Shown here: one piece after another, positions 37,711 through 47,845 of the stretch | How positions within the stretch are numbered: position 1 is the stretch's first letter | Layout: each line of letters opens with the position of its first letter | Source of the DNA: a virus | Taxonomy: Duplodnaviria > Caudoviricetes | Reading direction: 5' to 3' (one strand) | IMG/VR virus record: IMGVR_UViG_3300045971_000057 | Span: 1-62,530 of that record | Length of the DNA: 62,530 nucleotides | Made by a program: the position numbers and the translations under genes | The notes under the pieces: generated by a model | What the model was told of the DNA's origin: nothing | Databases searched by the model: none | Seen by the model: the letters and a program-made list of their open reading frames with translations, nothing else

Positions 37711-38643
37711 ATGGCTTCCGTCACCCTCGTTGAATCCGCCAAGCTGTGCCAGGATGATCTCATCCAGGGCGTCATCGAAAATGTGATCACTGTTGATCGC
37801 TTTTTTGAGATGCTGCCCTTCGACGGCATCGAAGGCAACTCTCTGGCCTACAACCGTGAACTGGCCCTGGGTGACATCCAGGTGGCTGGCGTCGGTGATA
37901 CCATCACCGCCAAGGCTGCTGCTACCTTCACGCAGGTCAGCTCTGGCCTCACCAAGATTCTGGGTGATGCTGAAGTTGACGGCCTGATCGAAGCCACCCG
38001 CAGCAACATCAACGATCAGAAGGCCATCCAGATTGCCTCCAAGGCAAAGTCTGCTGGTCGCAAGTATCGGGACATGCTGCTCAACGGCACCGGCAGCGCC
38101 AACCAGTTCTCCGGCCTTCTGGGCCTGTGCTCTGCTGGCCAGACGATCATCCAGGACACTGCGTCCGTCACGACCAACGGTGGCCCACTCAGCTTCGCCA
38201 AGATGGATGAGCTCATCGACCTCGTCACCGACAAGGATGGCCAGGTTGACTACCTCGTGATGGCTGCCCGCACGATCCGCAGCTACAATGCGCTGCTGCG
38301 CTCTGTTGGTGGCGCGACCATCGATGAAGTGATCACGCTGCCCTCTGGCGCCAAGCTTCCTGCCTATCGCGGCATCCCCATCTTCCGCAATGACTGGATG
38401 CCTTTGAACCAGACCACTGGTGCTCTCGTCACTGGCACCTCTGTGCTCGCCGGCAACTTCGATGACGGCAGCCGCAAGTATGGCATCAGCGGCCTGACCG
38501 CCAGCAAGATGGCCGGCATCAATGTCCAGGAAGTGGGCGTTGCTGAGACCAAGGATGAGACGATCACCCGCGTCAAGTGGTATTGCGGTCTGGCTCTCTA
38601 CAACCTCAATGGTCTGGCCATGCTGAAGGGCGTCAGCAACTAA
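37711..38643 (+). CDS. Major capsid protein (HK97 fold)
   Basis: Position, AGGAGG RBS, high-expression codon usage, GVIE...LPF, YRGIPI. Confidence 0.88.
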   Translation: MASVTLVESAKLCQDDLIQGVIENVITVDRFFEMLPFDGIEGNSLAYNRELALGDIQVAGVGDTITAKAAATFTQVSSGLTKILGDAEVDGLIEATRSNINDQKAIQIASKAKSAGRKYRDMLLNGTGSANQFSGLLGLCSAGQTIIQDTASVTTNGGPLSFAKMDELIDLVTDKDGQVDYLVMAARTIRSYNALLRSVGGATIDEVITLPSGAKLPAYRGIPIFRNDWMPLNQTTGALVTGTSVLAGNFDDGSRKYGISGLTASKMAGINVQEVGVAETKDETITRVKWYCGLALYNLNGLAMLKGVSN

Positions 38644-38655
38644 GCCACAAAACTG

Positions 38656-38690
38656 AAGGGCCAGCCCACTCGATGCGGGCTGGCCCTTTC
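38656..38690 (+). terminator. Hairpin terminator after MCP
   Basis: AAGGGCCAGCCC / GGGCTGGCCCTT stem; short U tract. Confidence 0.65.
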
Positions 38691-38720
38691 CCCAATCACA
38701 CAAATGAAGGAGATCAAGTC

Positions 38721-39104
38721 ATGGCCAAGATTGTTTTTGTTCTTGCTGGACCTCGTGCTGGTCGGGATTTTGTCATCCCCAGCGCTGGTGTCGAGTTCAC
38801 TGCTGGTCGGTATGAACATCCGACTGCTGGTCCTGGTGATGCCTCTGTGGCCACCCTGATCAACATCCTGGGCAATCTTTACAATGCCCATCCTGAAGGC
38901 AGTGAGGAACTCGCGGCTGCTGAGCTGGCCTGGGAAGATGCTCAGGGTGCTCCTGAAGCCGTCAACCTGTCGGACCTGACCAACAAAGAGCTGATTGCCT
39001 ATGCTGCTGAGAACTTCAGCACAGTGGTGGCTGGCAACAAGAAGGAACTCCTGGACCAGATCCTTCACCTCCAGGGACTGGCCGACAACAAGGACAAAGT
39101 CTGA
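38721..39104 (+). CDS. Hypothetical head-module protein
   Basis: AAGGAG RBS, ATG 38721; C-terminal HeH-like LTNKELIAYA...NKKELL. Confidence 0.6.
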   Translation: MAKIVFVLAGPRAGRDFVIPSAGVEFTAGRYEHPTAGPGDASVATLINILGNLYNAHPEGSEELAAAELAWEDAQGAPEAVNLSDLTNKELIAYAAENFSTVVAGNKKELLDQILHLQGLADNKDKV

Positions 39105-39112
39105 GGTGAGAC

Positions 39113-39619
39113 ATGACGCTGAAAGCTGATGTTGGTGCGATTGACTCAAATGCCTACTGCTCTCTTGTAGAGGCAAATGACTATCACAGCACTCGTGGCT
39201 TCAACAGCGCATGGACTGGTGAGACCGATGACGCCAAAAAGGAAATGAGCATCATTTGGGCCACGCGCCTGATTGATGCTCATTTCATGCAGCAGTTCAT
39301 CGGTCGCAGAGCAAGTTGGACTCAGGCACTCTGCTGGCCACGGTGGTATAGTGGTGATCTGGAATCGTCCCTGTTTGCTGACGGAAGGCCAATCAATGGC
39401 CAAGAGATTCCCAAGCAAGTCAAGGATGCGACCGCAGAGTTTGCGTTCTATCTGCTCTCTGAGGATTGGAGTGCTGGTCAAGGTTCGATGGTCGATGAGG
39501 GCATGACCCTCGGCAACCTCCATCTGACCAAAGAACATCACAACCCCATCCCTGCCTCTGTTCGTGTTCTGCTGTCCTCGATTGTTCTTGAAAATGGAAC
39601 TGAACTGGTGCGCGGATGA
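39113..39619 (+). CDS. Head-tail adaptor
   Basis: NAYCSLVEANDYH, QALCWPR, IPKQVKDA; position. Confidence 0.75.
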   Translation: MTLKADVGAIDSNAYCSLVEANDYHSTRGFNSAWTGETDDAKKEMSIIWATRLIDAHFMQQFIGRRASWTQALCWPRWYSGDLESSLFADGRPINGQEIPKQVKDATAEFAFYLLSEDWSAGQGSMVDEGMTLGNLHLTKEHHNPIPASVRVLLSSIVLENGTELVRG

Positions 39620-39981
39620 GTGCTCGCTCAGCAAGAATCAAAGCCAAGGTGCTAGCTGTTCTGAAAAAGAATGGTGTGCTGCTCACAGCTGAGCGATCTG
39701 GTATTGAAGGATACAACCCAGACACCCTGGCCAATGAGTCTGCTGATTTGAGCTACACCATCTATGGCCTTCCTGGTGCTCCTGCTTATCGACCAACCTC
39801 AATTGATGGTGCTGCTGGAGTAGTCAAGATTGGTCAGAAGTTGATGCTTGCCTCTACCCAAGAAGTCAAGGTTGGGGATCGCATTGGCTTGATCAATGGA
39901 GTGATGACAGTCATCATCGGTCTTGAGCCTCAATGGATTGATGATGAAATTGTGAAGTATGATGTGCTGGTGTCGCAATGA
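39616..39981 (+). CDS. Head closure protein
   Basis: Synteny, size. Confidence 0.6.
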   Translation: MSARSARIKAKVLAVLKKNGVLLTAERSGIEGYNPDTLANESADLSYTIYGLPGAPAYRPTSIDGAAGVVKIGQKLMLASTQEVKVGDRIGLINGVMTVIIGLEPQWIDDEIVKYDVLVSQ

Positions 39982-40376
39982 GTAATGGGGATGCGTTTGT
40001 TGCTTCCCTTCTTGCGTGGACTCACAAGACTGATGAAGAGTTGAACATCATCGTTCGCAAGATTGTCTTTGGTGTCTTCTACAACATCGTGATGGGAAGT
40101 CCAGTGGACACTGGCCGATTTATCGGCAATTGGCAAATCGGCCTTGGTGTCATACCGCAAGGAACTTTGGATGCGCTTGTGAAGGACAAAACCTTCCAGG
40201 CAGCCATTGGAAGTGACAAACTATCCAGCGCAAAGGCTGGTGGCGTTATCTTCATTGCGAACAATTTGCCGTATGCTCTTGCTCTTGAATACGGACACAG
40301 CCAGCAGGCACCTCAAGGAATGGTTCGACGCACCCTGGCGAACATCAACGCCATCACTGAAGGAGCACGGCTGTGA
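39978..40376 (+). CDS. Neck / tail completion protein (HK97 gp10-like)
   Basis: SPVDTGRF, NNLPYA..LEYGHSQQAP.GMV. Confidence 0.8.
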   Translation: MSNGDAFVASLLAWTHKTDEELNIIVRKIVFGVFYNIVMGSPVDTGRFIGNWQIGLGVIPQGTLDALVKDKTFQAAIGSDKLSSAKAGGVIFIANNLPYALALEYGHSQQAPQGMVRRTLANINAITEGARL

Positions 40377-40798
40377 CTGGGGTTCTTGAGAACATTGAGA
40401 GTGGCTTCCAGCAAGCAATCATTTCTGCCTTGTCTGCTGGTGGAGTTGATTCCTTGGACATTCCTGGGACTCCATTGACGCCAAGTGCTGGTGTTGCTTG
40501 GGCTAGGTTGACAAATCTTCCGGCTCAGACATACCCAGCAGGTGCCGGAGTCAACAGCGACACTGTTCATCCAGGCGCATACCAGGTGTCCCTGTTCTTT
40601 CCCTTGGCTAAGGGTCAGAAGGATGTCCTGGCCCTTGCTACAAGCCTTTGCAGCACCTTCAAGCGTGGAACTTATCTCCTGAAAAGTGGAACCAAGATTC
40701 TGATTCATGGTTCCAGCCGTGGGCCTTTTGTTCCTGATTCTGGATGGCTCCATTTGCCAATAACGATCAGGTGGGAAACTCGGCAGCTGGACAGTTAG
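40373..40798 (+). CDS. Tail terminator
   Basis: GAYQVSLFFP, position before tube. Confidence 0.7.
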   Translation: MTGVLENIESGFQQAIISALSAGGVDSLDIPGTPLTPSAGVAWARLTNLPAQTYPAGAGVNSDTVHPGAYQVSLFFPLAKGQKDVLALATSLCSTFKRGTYLLKSGTKILIHGSSRGPFVPDSGWLHLPITIRWETRQLDS

Positions 40799-40867
40799 GT
40801 TTCCACAAGCAACAAGTAAACTTAGATTGATGGATTCTTCCAACCAATTTTCTGAAAGGACAATGCC

Positions 40868-42031
40868 ATGAGTGCTTCTGGCCCATTGACTGGTGTTCGA
40901 TACATTGCCGAGGTCACTTATGGTGTGACCCCTGCCACTCCCACCATGCTGACTGTTCGAATGCTCGACACCAGCCTCAACCTGAAGAAAGAAACTTTCC
41001 AGTCCAACGAGATTCGGTCTGATCGTCAGATCAGTGACCTGCGTCATGGTCTGCGCACTGTTGGAGGCAACATCTCTGCTGAACTGTCTCTGACTGCCTT
41101 TGATGGCCTTCTGGAGATGGCCATGAGCAGCGTCTTTGCTGCGGTCCCTGTTCATGCTGCTGTGAACCTACAGATGACCGCATTGACCAAGAAGATCACT
41201 CGCGCCACTGGTAGCTGGATCACTGATGGTTACCTTCCTGGTCATGAAGCAGTCATTGCCGGCTTCACCAATGGAACGAACAATGGTGCCAAGAAGATCG
41301 TTGGTGTGACTGCTACGGATCTGACCCTTGCGGCAGATACTGTTGGCCTTGTCGATGAAGCCACGCTGGCTGGTCGAACTGTGACCGTCACCGGCAAACA
41401 GTGCAAGACTGGGACCACCATCAAGAGTGCGTCAATCGAGCGTGCCTTCACTGATATCAACCAGTTCCTGATGTTCACTGGTTGTGTCGTGGACAAGTTC
41501 AGCCTCGACATCAAGCCTGGTGAGATCATCAAGGCCCAGTGGGACTTCCTCGGCAAAGACATGATCCGTGCTTCGGTGACTGGCGCGACTGCTGTTACTC
41601 CTGCTGCAACCAGCAGCCCGTTTGATGCCTACAATGTCGTCATCCGTGAGAACGATATTCTGTCCACCAACATCTCTGGGATGACCATTGAGCTGGACAA
41701 TGGTCGATCCACCAAGGGTGTGGTTGGCTCCAATACCGTCAAGGAAGTTTTTGAAGGAACTTGTAACGCAAAGGGCACCGTGACGATGTTCTTTGCTGAT
41801 GGGACGATGCTGGACAAGTTCCTGGCGGAGACTCCATCGAGTCTGGATGTGAAGTTGCTCGACCCCAATGGTGTTGACTTCCACCACATCCGACTGCCCA
41901 AGGTCAAGTTCAATGGCAGTGATATCAACAACCCAAAGGAAGGTCCAGTGGTGGTGACTGTCCCCTATCAGGCTCTGCTTGATACTGTCTCTGGAACCAA
42001 TATCCTCTACCAACGCTCCAATGTCGTCTAA
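40868..42031 (+). CDS. Major tail tube protein
   Basis: YIAEVTYGVTP, SNEIRSDRQ, FTGCVV; internal beta insertion. Confidence 0.85.
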   Translation: MSASGPLTGVRYIAEVTYGVTPATPTMLTVRMLDTSLNLKKETFQSNEIRSDRQISDLRHGLRTVGGNISAELSLTAFDGLLEMAMSSVFAAVPVHAAVNLQMTALTKKITRATGSWITDGYLPGHEAVIAGFTNGTNNGAKKIVGVTATDLTLAADTVGLVDEATLAGRTVTVTGKQCKTGTTIKSASIERAFTDINQFLMFTGCVVDKFSLDIKPGEIIKAQWDFLGKDMIRASVTGATAVTPAATSSPFDAYNVVIRENDILSTNISGMTIELDNGRSTKGVVGSNTVKEVFEGTCNAKGTVTMFFADGTMLDKFLAETPSSLDVKLLDPNGVDFHHIRLPKVKFNGSDINNPKEGPVVVTVPYQALLDTVSGTNILYQRSNVV

Positions 42032-42063
42032 GGCATAGAGCAAAACCCCCAAGGAGCATTACC

Positions 42064-42468
42064 ATGACCAACCCTGCTTTCGATCTTGCCCAGCTCAGCC
42101 CTGCTGAGTCTGCTGTGGTGGAAATCTATCACCCAGTCAGCAAGGTCAACATCGGCATCTCCATCACGGTGGCGAGCACCGATTCTGAAGCATTCAGGAA
42201 GGCTTCCCAGGCTCAGCAGAACAAGCGTCTCAAGCAGATGACCCGTGGTCGTCGTGGTGCTGGGACTGCTCTGACTGCTGAGGAAATGGAAGAAGAAAGT
42301 CTTGACCTCCTGGCCAGTTGTACACTTGGCTGGGAAGGTGTGAACTACGGCACTGACCCTCTGCCCTTCTCCAAGGAGGCTGCTCGCAATCTCTATCGCA
42401 AGCATGCCTTCATTCGGGAACAGGTGGATGAGGCCATGGCTGACCGTTCACTTTTCTTGAAGAGTTGA
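42064..42468 (+). CDS. Tail assembly chaperone (gpG-like)
   Basis: Position between tube and TMP. Confidence 0.75.
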   Translation: MTNPAFDLAQLSPAESAVVEIYHPVSKVNIGISITVASTDSEAFRKASQAQQNKRLKQMTRGRRGAGTALTAEEMEEESLDLLASCTLGWEGVNYGTDPLPFSKEAARNLYRKHAFIREQVDEAMADRSLFLKS

Positions 42469-42812
42469 CTGCGCAACTCCTGACTTTCGCAGAGTTTGAG
42501 TTCAAACTGCTCCAGGTTGTCGATGGTGAGAAATCACTCAAAGATCATCTGGAGCAGATTGAGGCGACCACTGGTGTGACGCCAGCCGAATTGATGAACC
42601 CTGTAGAACTTCCTCCTGAGCTTGAGCATGTATGGAACTGGTTCATAGAGTTGAGCAATTCAAGGCCAGCAGGATTCTCCGGTTTGGAACCAATATCTTT
42701 TCCATTGATCGAATCTTGGATGAGAACAACCGGAGTTGCGCCCACGAGGTTTGAAGTCAATACCATTCGCCTGATTGATGATGTGTATCGTAAACTGAGA
42801 CAAAAGAAGTGA
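42465..42812 (+). CDS. Tail assembly chaperone extension (gpT-like, -1 frame)
   Basis: Overlaps in -1 frame, no clear RBS. Confidence 0.7.
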   Translation: MTAQLLTFAEFEFKLLQVVDGEKSLKDHLEQIEATTGVTPAELMNPVELPPELEHVWNWFIELSNSRPAGFSGLEPISFPLIESWMRTTGVAPTRFEVNTIRLIDDVYRKLRQKK

Positions 42813-42819
42813 GGCTAAT

Positions 42820-45800
42820 ATGGGTGCTGGCGTTGATACTTCAAGAATCATTATTGCAGCCGACAGCACCCAAGTCAGAACTGCCTCTGGGGATCTGAAG
42901 GAACTAGCTGCCTCTGGTAAGACAGCAGCAACCGCAACGAGCAGCGCAGAATCCAGCATCATGAAGATGGTAGCGGCTGCTGGAGGTATGGCTGCTGTTG
43001 CTGCGCACTTCCGAGCAGTCACTACTGCCTCGCTTGAGTTCAGCACCGCAATGGGCAGAGTGTCCACTGTGATGAGCAATATGGCGGATATGCCCGCAAT
43101 GACTCGTGGCCTGAAGCAGATGGCTGAGCTCATGGGTGGTTCTGCCGCATCTCAGGCTGCTGCGATGTATGATATTTTGTCTGCTGGTATTGATAAGACA
43201 GCAACTGCCTTGGACATGCTGAATGCCTCCAACAAGTTGGCAATTGGCGGCGTCACCTCTGTTGGTGTTGCTGCTGATGGCTTGACCACAATCATGATGG
43301 CATATGGAGACCAAGTCAAATCTACGCAAGATGCTTCTGATGCCATGTTCGTATCGGCGGCTGTCGGCAAGACAACCATTGAGCAATTGTCGAGCACTGT
43401 TGGCCGAGTCATTCCTATCGCAGCCAATGCTGGGGTGAGTCTTGATGAGTTGCTGGCTTCTATCGGTGCCTTGACCAAGGGTGGTATTAACACTCACCAA
43501 TCTGTCGATGGTTTGCGAGCGATGTTGGCCGCAATCATCAAGCCTTCTGATGATGCCTCAAAGATGGCAAAGAAACTCGGAATTGATTTCAATCTTGCCG
43601 CACTTCAGACAAAGGGTTGGGTTGGCTTCATTGATGACCTCGCAAAGAAGGTTGATGGGAACACTGAGAGTATGGCCAAGTTGATGGGAGGCATTGAGTC
43701 AATTGTTCCTGCTATGGCCTTGACTGGTTCTGGTTTGAAGGATCTTCACGATGCGATGGATCGCATGGCCAAGAAGGCAGGGGAGACTGAGGCTGCTGTG
43801 GACAAGATGGCTGTTACTCCACAGTTCCAGATAGACAAGTTGAAGGCAAAGATGAGCAACATGATGATTGAGACTGGTGATGGGATGGTCAAGTGGTTGG
43901 CCCCTGCTGCGGTCTTTGCCACTCAGCACTTTGGAACTATCATGACGGCAGTTGGATATTTGAAGACTGCTATTGAAGTTCTGCTTGCTATGAAAATATC
44001 GGGATGGGTTTCTGATTGGATGGTTGGCCTTCAGAAGAAGGCAACCCAGATGAGCATCAATCGCCAACAGACGATTGCCTTGGCCATGGATGAGGTTCGC
44101 AGCACAGAGATTTCAGTTCTGAATGCGAAAGCAAAATACACCCAGATTGCTGCCGGCCAAGCAGTGAACAGTTCCTATATTGCCCAGATCGGATTCATCC
44201 GTCAGCTGATTGTGGCAGAAGCAGAAGTGACTGTTGCTGAGAATCTTCATACTGCTGCTGTTGCTCGTTTGGCCACGACACAATCTATGTGGACTGTGGT
44301 GATGGCTGGAGCCAGGACTGCTGTTGCTGCTCTTGGTGGCCCGATTGGCATCCTCACCCTTGCTGTGATGGGACTATATGCTGCCTACACCTATCTAGAT
44401 GAGAAGGAACAGAAGCGTTGGGAGTTGAAGCAAAAAGAAGGTGAGGCTGCTGGAGAGTCTGCGACAAATGCTCGCCTGTACATGAACAACATCCGCGATC
44501 AGGTCGATGTCTTAGGCAAGGCAGAAAAGGGTAGTGCTGCCTATGAGAATGCTCAGAAGAAAATTGAGATTGCCAAAAAGCAGCTCATGGCGCTTGGGCC
44601 AGAATATCGCAGTGCTCTTTCTGGCGAGATTGATACATGGGACAAACTGGCCACTGCCATCAAGAATGTGAATGCTGAGAAACTCAAGAAGGTCAATGCG
44701 GATCTTGCTGAGGCTCAAGCCCAAGCCCAGAAGCCTGAGCTGACTTCTTGGCAGAAAACCAAGAGTGCCCTTGGCTTTGGTATGGAATACTCCAAGGATG
44801 GGAAAGACATTTATGACAAGAAGGCTGCTCACATTCAGAAGATGCTGGATGAGAACAAGACCATGGCCGACAAAGCAGTCAACACCCTTCTTGCCCAGCA
44901 AGCTGCTCTGACTGCTGCGGAACTTCCATTTGAGGTCAGTGCTGCTCCAAAGCCAAAGAAGATTGTTGCTGCTACAGACAAGGCAGATGAAAAAGAACTG
45001 GAGCAATTGGAGAGGTTCACAAAGAGTCTTGAACATCAGGCAGCCATCATCAATCTCCAAAAGCAGGACACCTATGAGTTGGATGAGAACTACAAAAAGC
45101 TGACTGGCTCCATGAAGAAGCGTGCTGATGCCGCAATCCAAGAGATCAAGATCAAGGAAGGTATCGAAGCAGAGAACAAGGCAATCAAAAAAGAGCAGGA
45201 AGATTTGGATTCTTTGATCAACAACCTGATGCCTGAGATTGCTCTGGAAGAAAAGTATCTGGCCACCCTGTACAAGATCAACAAGGCTCTGGCTGATGGG
45301 AACCTTGAGCTTGAGGGAGCAAATGCTCTGAAGGTTGCTGCTCGTGAACAGATGACTCCAGAAGGTAAAGCAGAAGTCAAGGCAAAGGCTGATCTTGATG
45401 CGTATGCTACTCAACTTGCTCCTGAGGATGAGCTTCTGAAGAAAGCACAGATGCTACAGAAGTTGTATGATGCTGGCCGAGTCAGTGCCAAGGATTACAA
45501 CAAGGAACAAGAGCGATTGCTGCGTGGTCTGTCCTCCGGTTTTGACCTGCTGGTGACCTCTGTTGAGACTGCCTCTGGTGCGATGACTGATGCCTTGGTG
45601 AAATTTGCTTTGACTGGAAAAGCATCCTTCAAAGATATGACCAATGCGATGCTTCAGGATCTTGCCAGAATGATGGCAAATAAGGCAATGGCTCAGCTGC
45701 TGAACTTTGCTGTTGGGGCTATGGTCTCGTGGGCTTCTGGTGGTGGTGATGGAACGGATGCTGCTGATGGGTTTGATGGTGGCGGTGGCGGAACTCTGAA

Positions 45801-46098
45801 GGCAAATGGTGGCCCTGTGTTGGCTGGCTCACCCTACATCGTTGGTGAGAAGCGTCCTGAGTTGTTTGTTCCTTCCTCCAATGGGACTATCATCCCAGAC
45901 CTTGGTGGTGGCTCTCCTCAAATTAGCATCCAGATAATCGTCAACAATGATGGGACTGCTACTACCACAACTGATGGTGGAAGCGATAATGAGAAGAGCA
46001 AGATGATGGCTGAAGCTGTCGCATTCAAGATCCGCAGGACGATCCAAGAGGAACTGGCGCCTGGTGGAGATATCCATACCTTTGTGACCAGGGGATAA
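42820..46098 (+). CDS. Tape measure protein
   Basis: 1092 aa, Ala-rich helical, C-terminal GGPV...YIVGEKRPELFVP. Confidence 0.92.
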   Translation: MGAGVDTSRIIIAADSTQVRTASGDLKELAASGKTAATATSSAESSIMKMVAAAGGMAAVAAHFRAVTTASLEFSTAMGRVSTVMSNMADMPAMTRGLKQMAELMGGSAASQAAAMYDILSAGIDKTATALDMLNASNKLAIGGVTSVGVAADGLTTIMMAYGDQVKSTQDASDAMFVSAAVGKTTIEQLSSTVGRVIPIAANAGVSLDELLASIGALTKGGINTHQSVDGLRAMLAAIIKPSDDASKMAKKLGIDFNLAALQTKGWVGFIDDLAKKVDGNTESMAKLMGGIESIVPAMALTGSGLKDLHDAMDRMAKKAGETEAAVDKMAVTPQFQIDKLKAKMSNMMIETGDGMVKWLAPAAVFATQHFGTIMTAVGYLKTAIEVLLAMKISGWVSDWMVGLQKKATQMSINRQQTIALAMDEVRSTEISVLNAKAKYTQIAAGQAVNSSYIAQIGFIRQLIVAEAEVTVAENLHTAAVARLATTQSMWTVVMAGARTAVAALGGPIGILTLAVMGLYAAYTYLDEKEQKRWELKQKEGEAAGESATNARLYMNNIRDQVDVLGKAEKGSAAYENAQKKIEIAKKQLMALGPEYRSALSGEIDTWDKLATAIKNVNAEKLKKVNADLAEAQAQAQKPELTSWQKTKSALGFGMEYSKDGKDIYDKKAAHIQKMLDENKTMADKAVNTLLAQQAALTAAELPFEVSAAPKPKKIVAATDKADEKELEQLERFTKSLEHQAAIINLQKQDTYELDENYKKLTGSMKKRADAAIQEIKIKEGIEAENKAIKKEQEDLDSLINNLMPEIALEEKYLATLYKINKALADGNLELEGANALKVAAREQMTPEGKAEVKAKADLDAYATQLAPEDELLKKAQMLQKLYDAGRVSAKDYNKEQERLLRGLSSGFDLLVTSVETASGAMTDALVKFALTGKASFKDMTNAMLQDLARMMANKAMAQLLNFAVGAMVSWASGGGDGTDAADGFDGGGGGTLKANGGPVLAGSPYIVGEKRPELFVPSSNGTIIPDLGGGSPQISIQIIVNNDGTATTTTDGGSDNEKSKMMAEAVAFKIRRTIQEELAPGGDIHTFVTRG

Positions 46099-46101
46099 AC
46101 C

Positions 46102-46437
46102 ATGACCAATACCTTTTCTTGGCTACCCAGTTATGGATCAGACAAAGATGTGAAGCCAAGAGTCAATCGAGTTGACTATGGTGATGGATATTCAGCAAGA
46201 GTTGCTGATGGTCTGAACACCAAATTGACGACACGCAATCTTCAGTTCACAAATCGAACCACTGCCGAGATAGCAGCCATTGATGCCTTCCTTCTGAATG
46301 AGGGTGGTGTGACTTCATTCTATTGGACTCCAAATGGAGAGGCTCAGAAGAAGTGGCTGTGCTCTTCTTGGAAGGCATCAAAGCAATCATTCAACAATGA
46401 ATCTCTGATGGCCACATTTGAAGAGGTGGTGGAGTGA
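46102..46437 (+). CDS. Distal tail protein (lambda gpM-like)
   Basis: YGDGYSAR..DGLN, FL...GGV.SFYWTP. Confidence 0.85.
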   Translation: MTNTFSWLPSYGSDKDVKPRVNRVDYGDGYSARVADGLNTKLTTRNLQFTNRTTAEIAAIDAFLLNEGGVTSFYWTPNGEAQKKWLCSSWKASKQSFNNESLMATFEEVVE

Positions 46438-47132
46438 GCGTCAAGATTCAAAATGATATTCAAGGTCTCACCCCAAGCGCAATCATTGTCTTCTATGTCT
46501 TGGACTTGACCGACATTGGTGGAGGCATCAGCTACTTCCATTGCGGGACCAATGAGCTTGGGGTGCCTGTTGTTTGGCAAGGCATCACCTACTCAACCAT
46601 GCCCATTATGGTGAAGGGTTTTGACAAAAGTGGAACCGGAAGATTGCCCAGGCCGACGCTGTCGATTGCGAACATCTCTGGTGCGATGGGTGCTCTTGCT
46701 CGTGACCTTGATGACCTTCAAGGAGGCAAACTCATACGCAGGAGAACTCTCGCAGCCTATCTCGATGCTGTGAACTTCCCTGGTGGGCTGAATCCTTCTG
46801 CTGATTCGACTGAATACTTTGATGATGATATTTTCTACATCGAGCAAAAGACAAATGAGAACAAAAACATAATCGAGTTTGCCCTTGCCGCAAAGACTGA
46901 TGTTGATGGAACAGAAGTTCCAGCACGAGTGATGACTCAGACTTGTGGCTGGACATATCGTGGAGAGGGTTGCCTATTTGCTGGTGGTGCGATTGCTACT
47001 GAATTTAATATCGCAACAAGCAACATTGCTCTGGACAAGTGTGCTCATGATCTGGTTGGGTGTAAGATGCGATGGGGCGCCAATGCGGTGCTGCCTTATG
47101 GTGGATTCCCTGCCCTTGGTTTGATACGATGA
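46434..47132 (+). CDS. Minor tail protein (lambda gpL-like)
   Basis: PRPTLSIAN, YLDAVNF, CGWTYRGEGC...DKC...GC. Confidence 0.9.
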   Translation: MSVKIQNDIQGLTPSAIIVFYVLDLTDIGGGISYFHCGTNELGVPVVWQGITYSTMPIMVKGFDKSGTGRLPRPTLSIANISGAMGALARDLDDLQGGKLIRRRTLAAYLDAVNFPGGLNPSADSTEYFDDDIFYIEQKTNENKNIIEFALAAKTDVDGTEVPARVMTQTCGWTYRGEGCLFAGGAIATEFNIATSNIALDKCAHDLVGCKMRWGANAVLPYGGFPALGLIR

Positions 47133-47845
47133 ACCAAGAGATTCTTGATGACATTCGCAAGCATGCTGCGGAAGTTTACGAGGCAACTGGCGGTGAGTGC
47201 TGTGGTCTGGTAATTGTCCAGAGTGGAAGGTGGAGATACATTCCATGCCAAAACCAATCTCTGACTACAGATCAATTCAGAATCTCTGCGTCTGATCAGG
47301 GCAAGGCAAGGATGTTGGGTGAAGTGGTGATGGTGGTTCACAGCCATCCCTTTGTTGCCCCTGATCCGAGTGAAGGTGACTTGACTGCTTGTGAAGAGTC
47401 TGCCTTGCCTTGGTTGATTGTGAACCATCCTCTTGGGCATTATCGCGTGGTGGAGCCTTCCGGCTTCAAGGCACCTTTGGTTGGTAGGACATTCACTCAC
47501 GGCATCAATGATTGCTATACTTTGATCAAAGATTATTACAAGCAAAATCTTGGAATTGAACTTCTGGATTTTGCTCGTGAGGACAACTGGTGGAACCATG
47601 GGCAGAACCTCTACATGGATGGATTTGCTTTGACTGGATTCAGGAAGTTGGATGCTGATGTTCCACGAGCAAAGCATGATGTGCTTTTGCTTCAGTTGAG
47701 GTCTCCAGTGCCCAATCACGCAGCGATATACTTGGGTGATGGAAAGATCATCCATCACCTGTTCGGTAGGCTGTCCACAATTGAGTCCTATGATGGGTAT
47801 TGGTCCTTCAACACGGTTGCTTTTCTGAGGCATGAATCCCTATGA
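47129..47845 (+). CDS. Tail tip assembly protein (lambda gpK-like, JAB + NlpC/P60)
   Basis: ECCGL, VHSHP...PSEGD, DCYTL, NHAAIY; ATG 47129. Confidence 0.9.
   Translation: MNQEILDDIRKHAAEVYEATGGECCGLVIVQSGRWRYIPCQNQSLTTDQFRISASDQGKARMLGEVVMVVHSHPFVAPDPSEGDLTACEESALPWLIVNHPLGHYRVVEPSGFKAPLVGRTFTHGINDCYTLIKDYYKQNLGIELLDFAREDNWWNHGQNLYMDGFALTGFRKLDADVPRAKHDVLLLQLRSPVPNHAAIYLGDGKIIHHLFGRLSTIESYDGYWSFNTVAFLRHESL

Noticed and set aside
39113-39619. DnaT-like replication protein
   Set aside because: Position in the head-tail block indicates a structural adaptor
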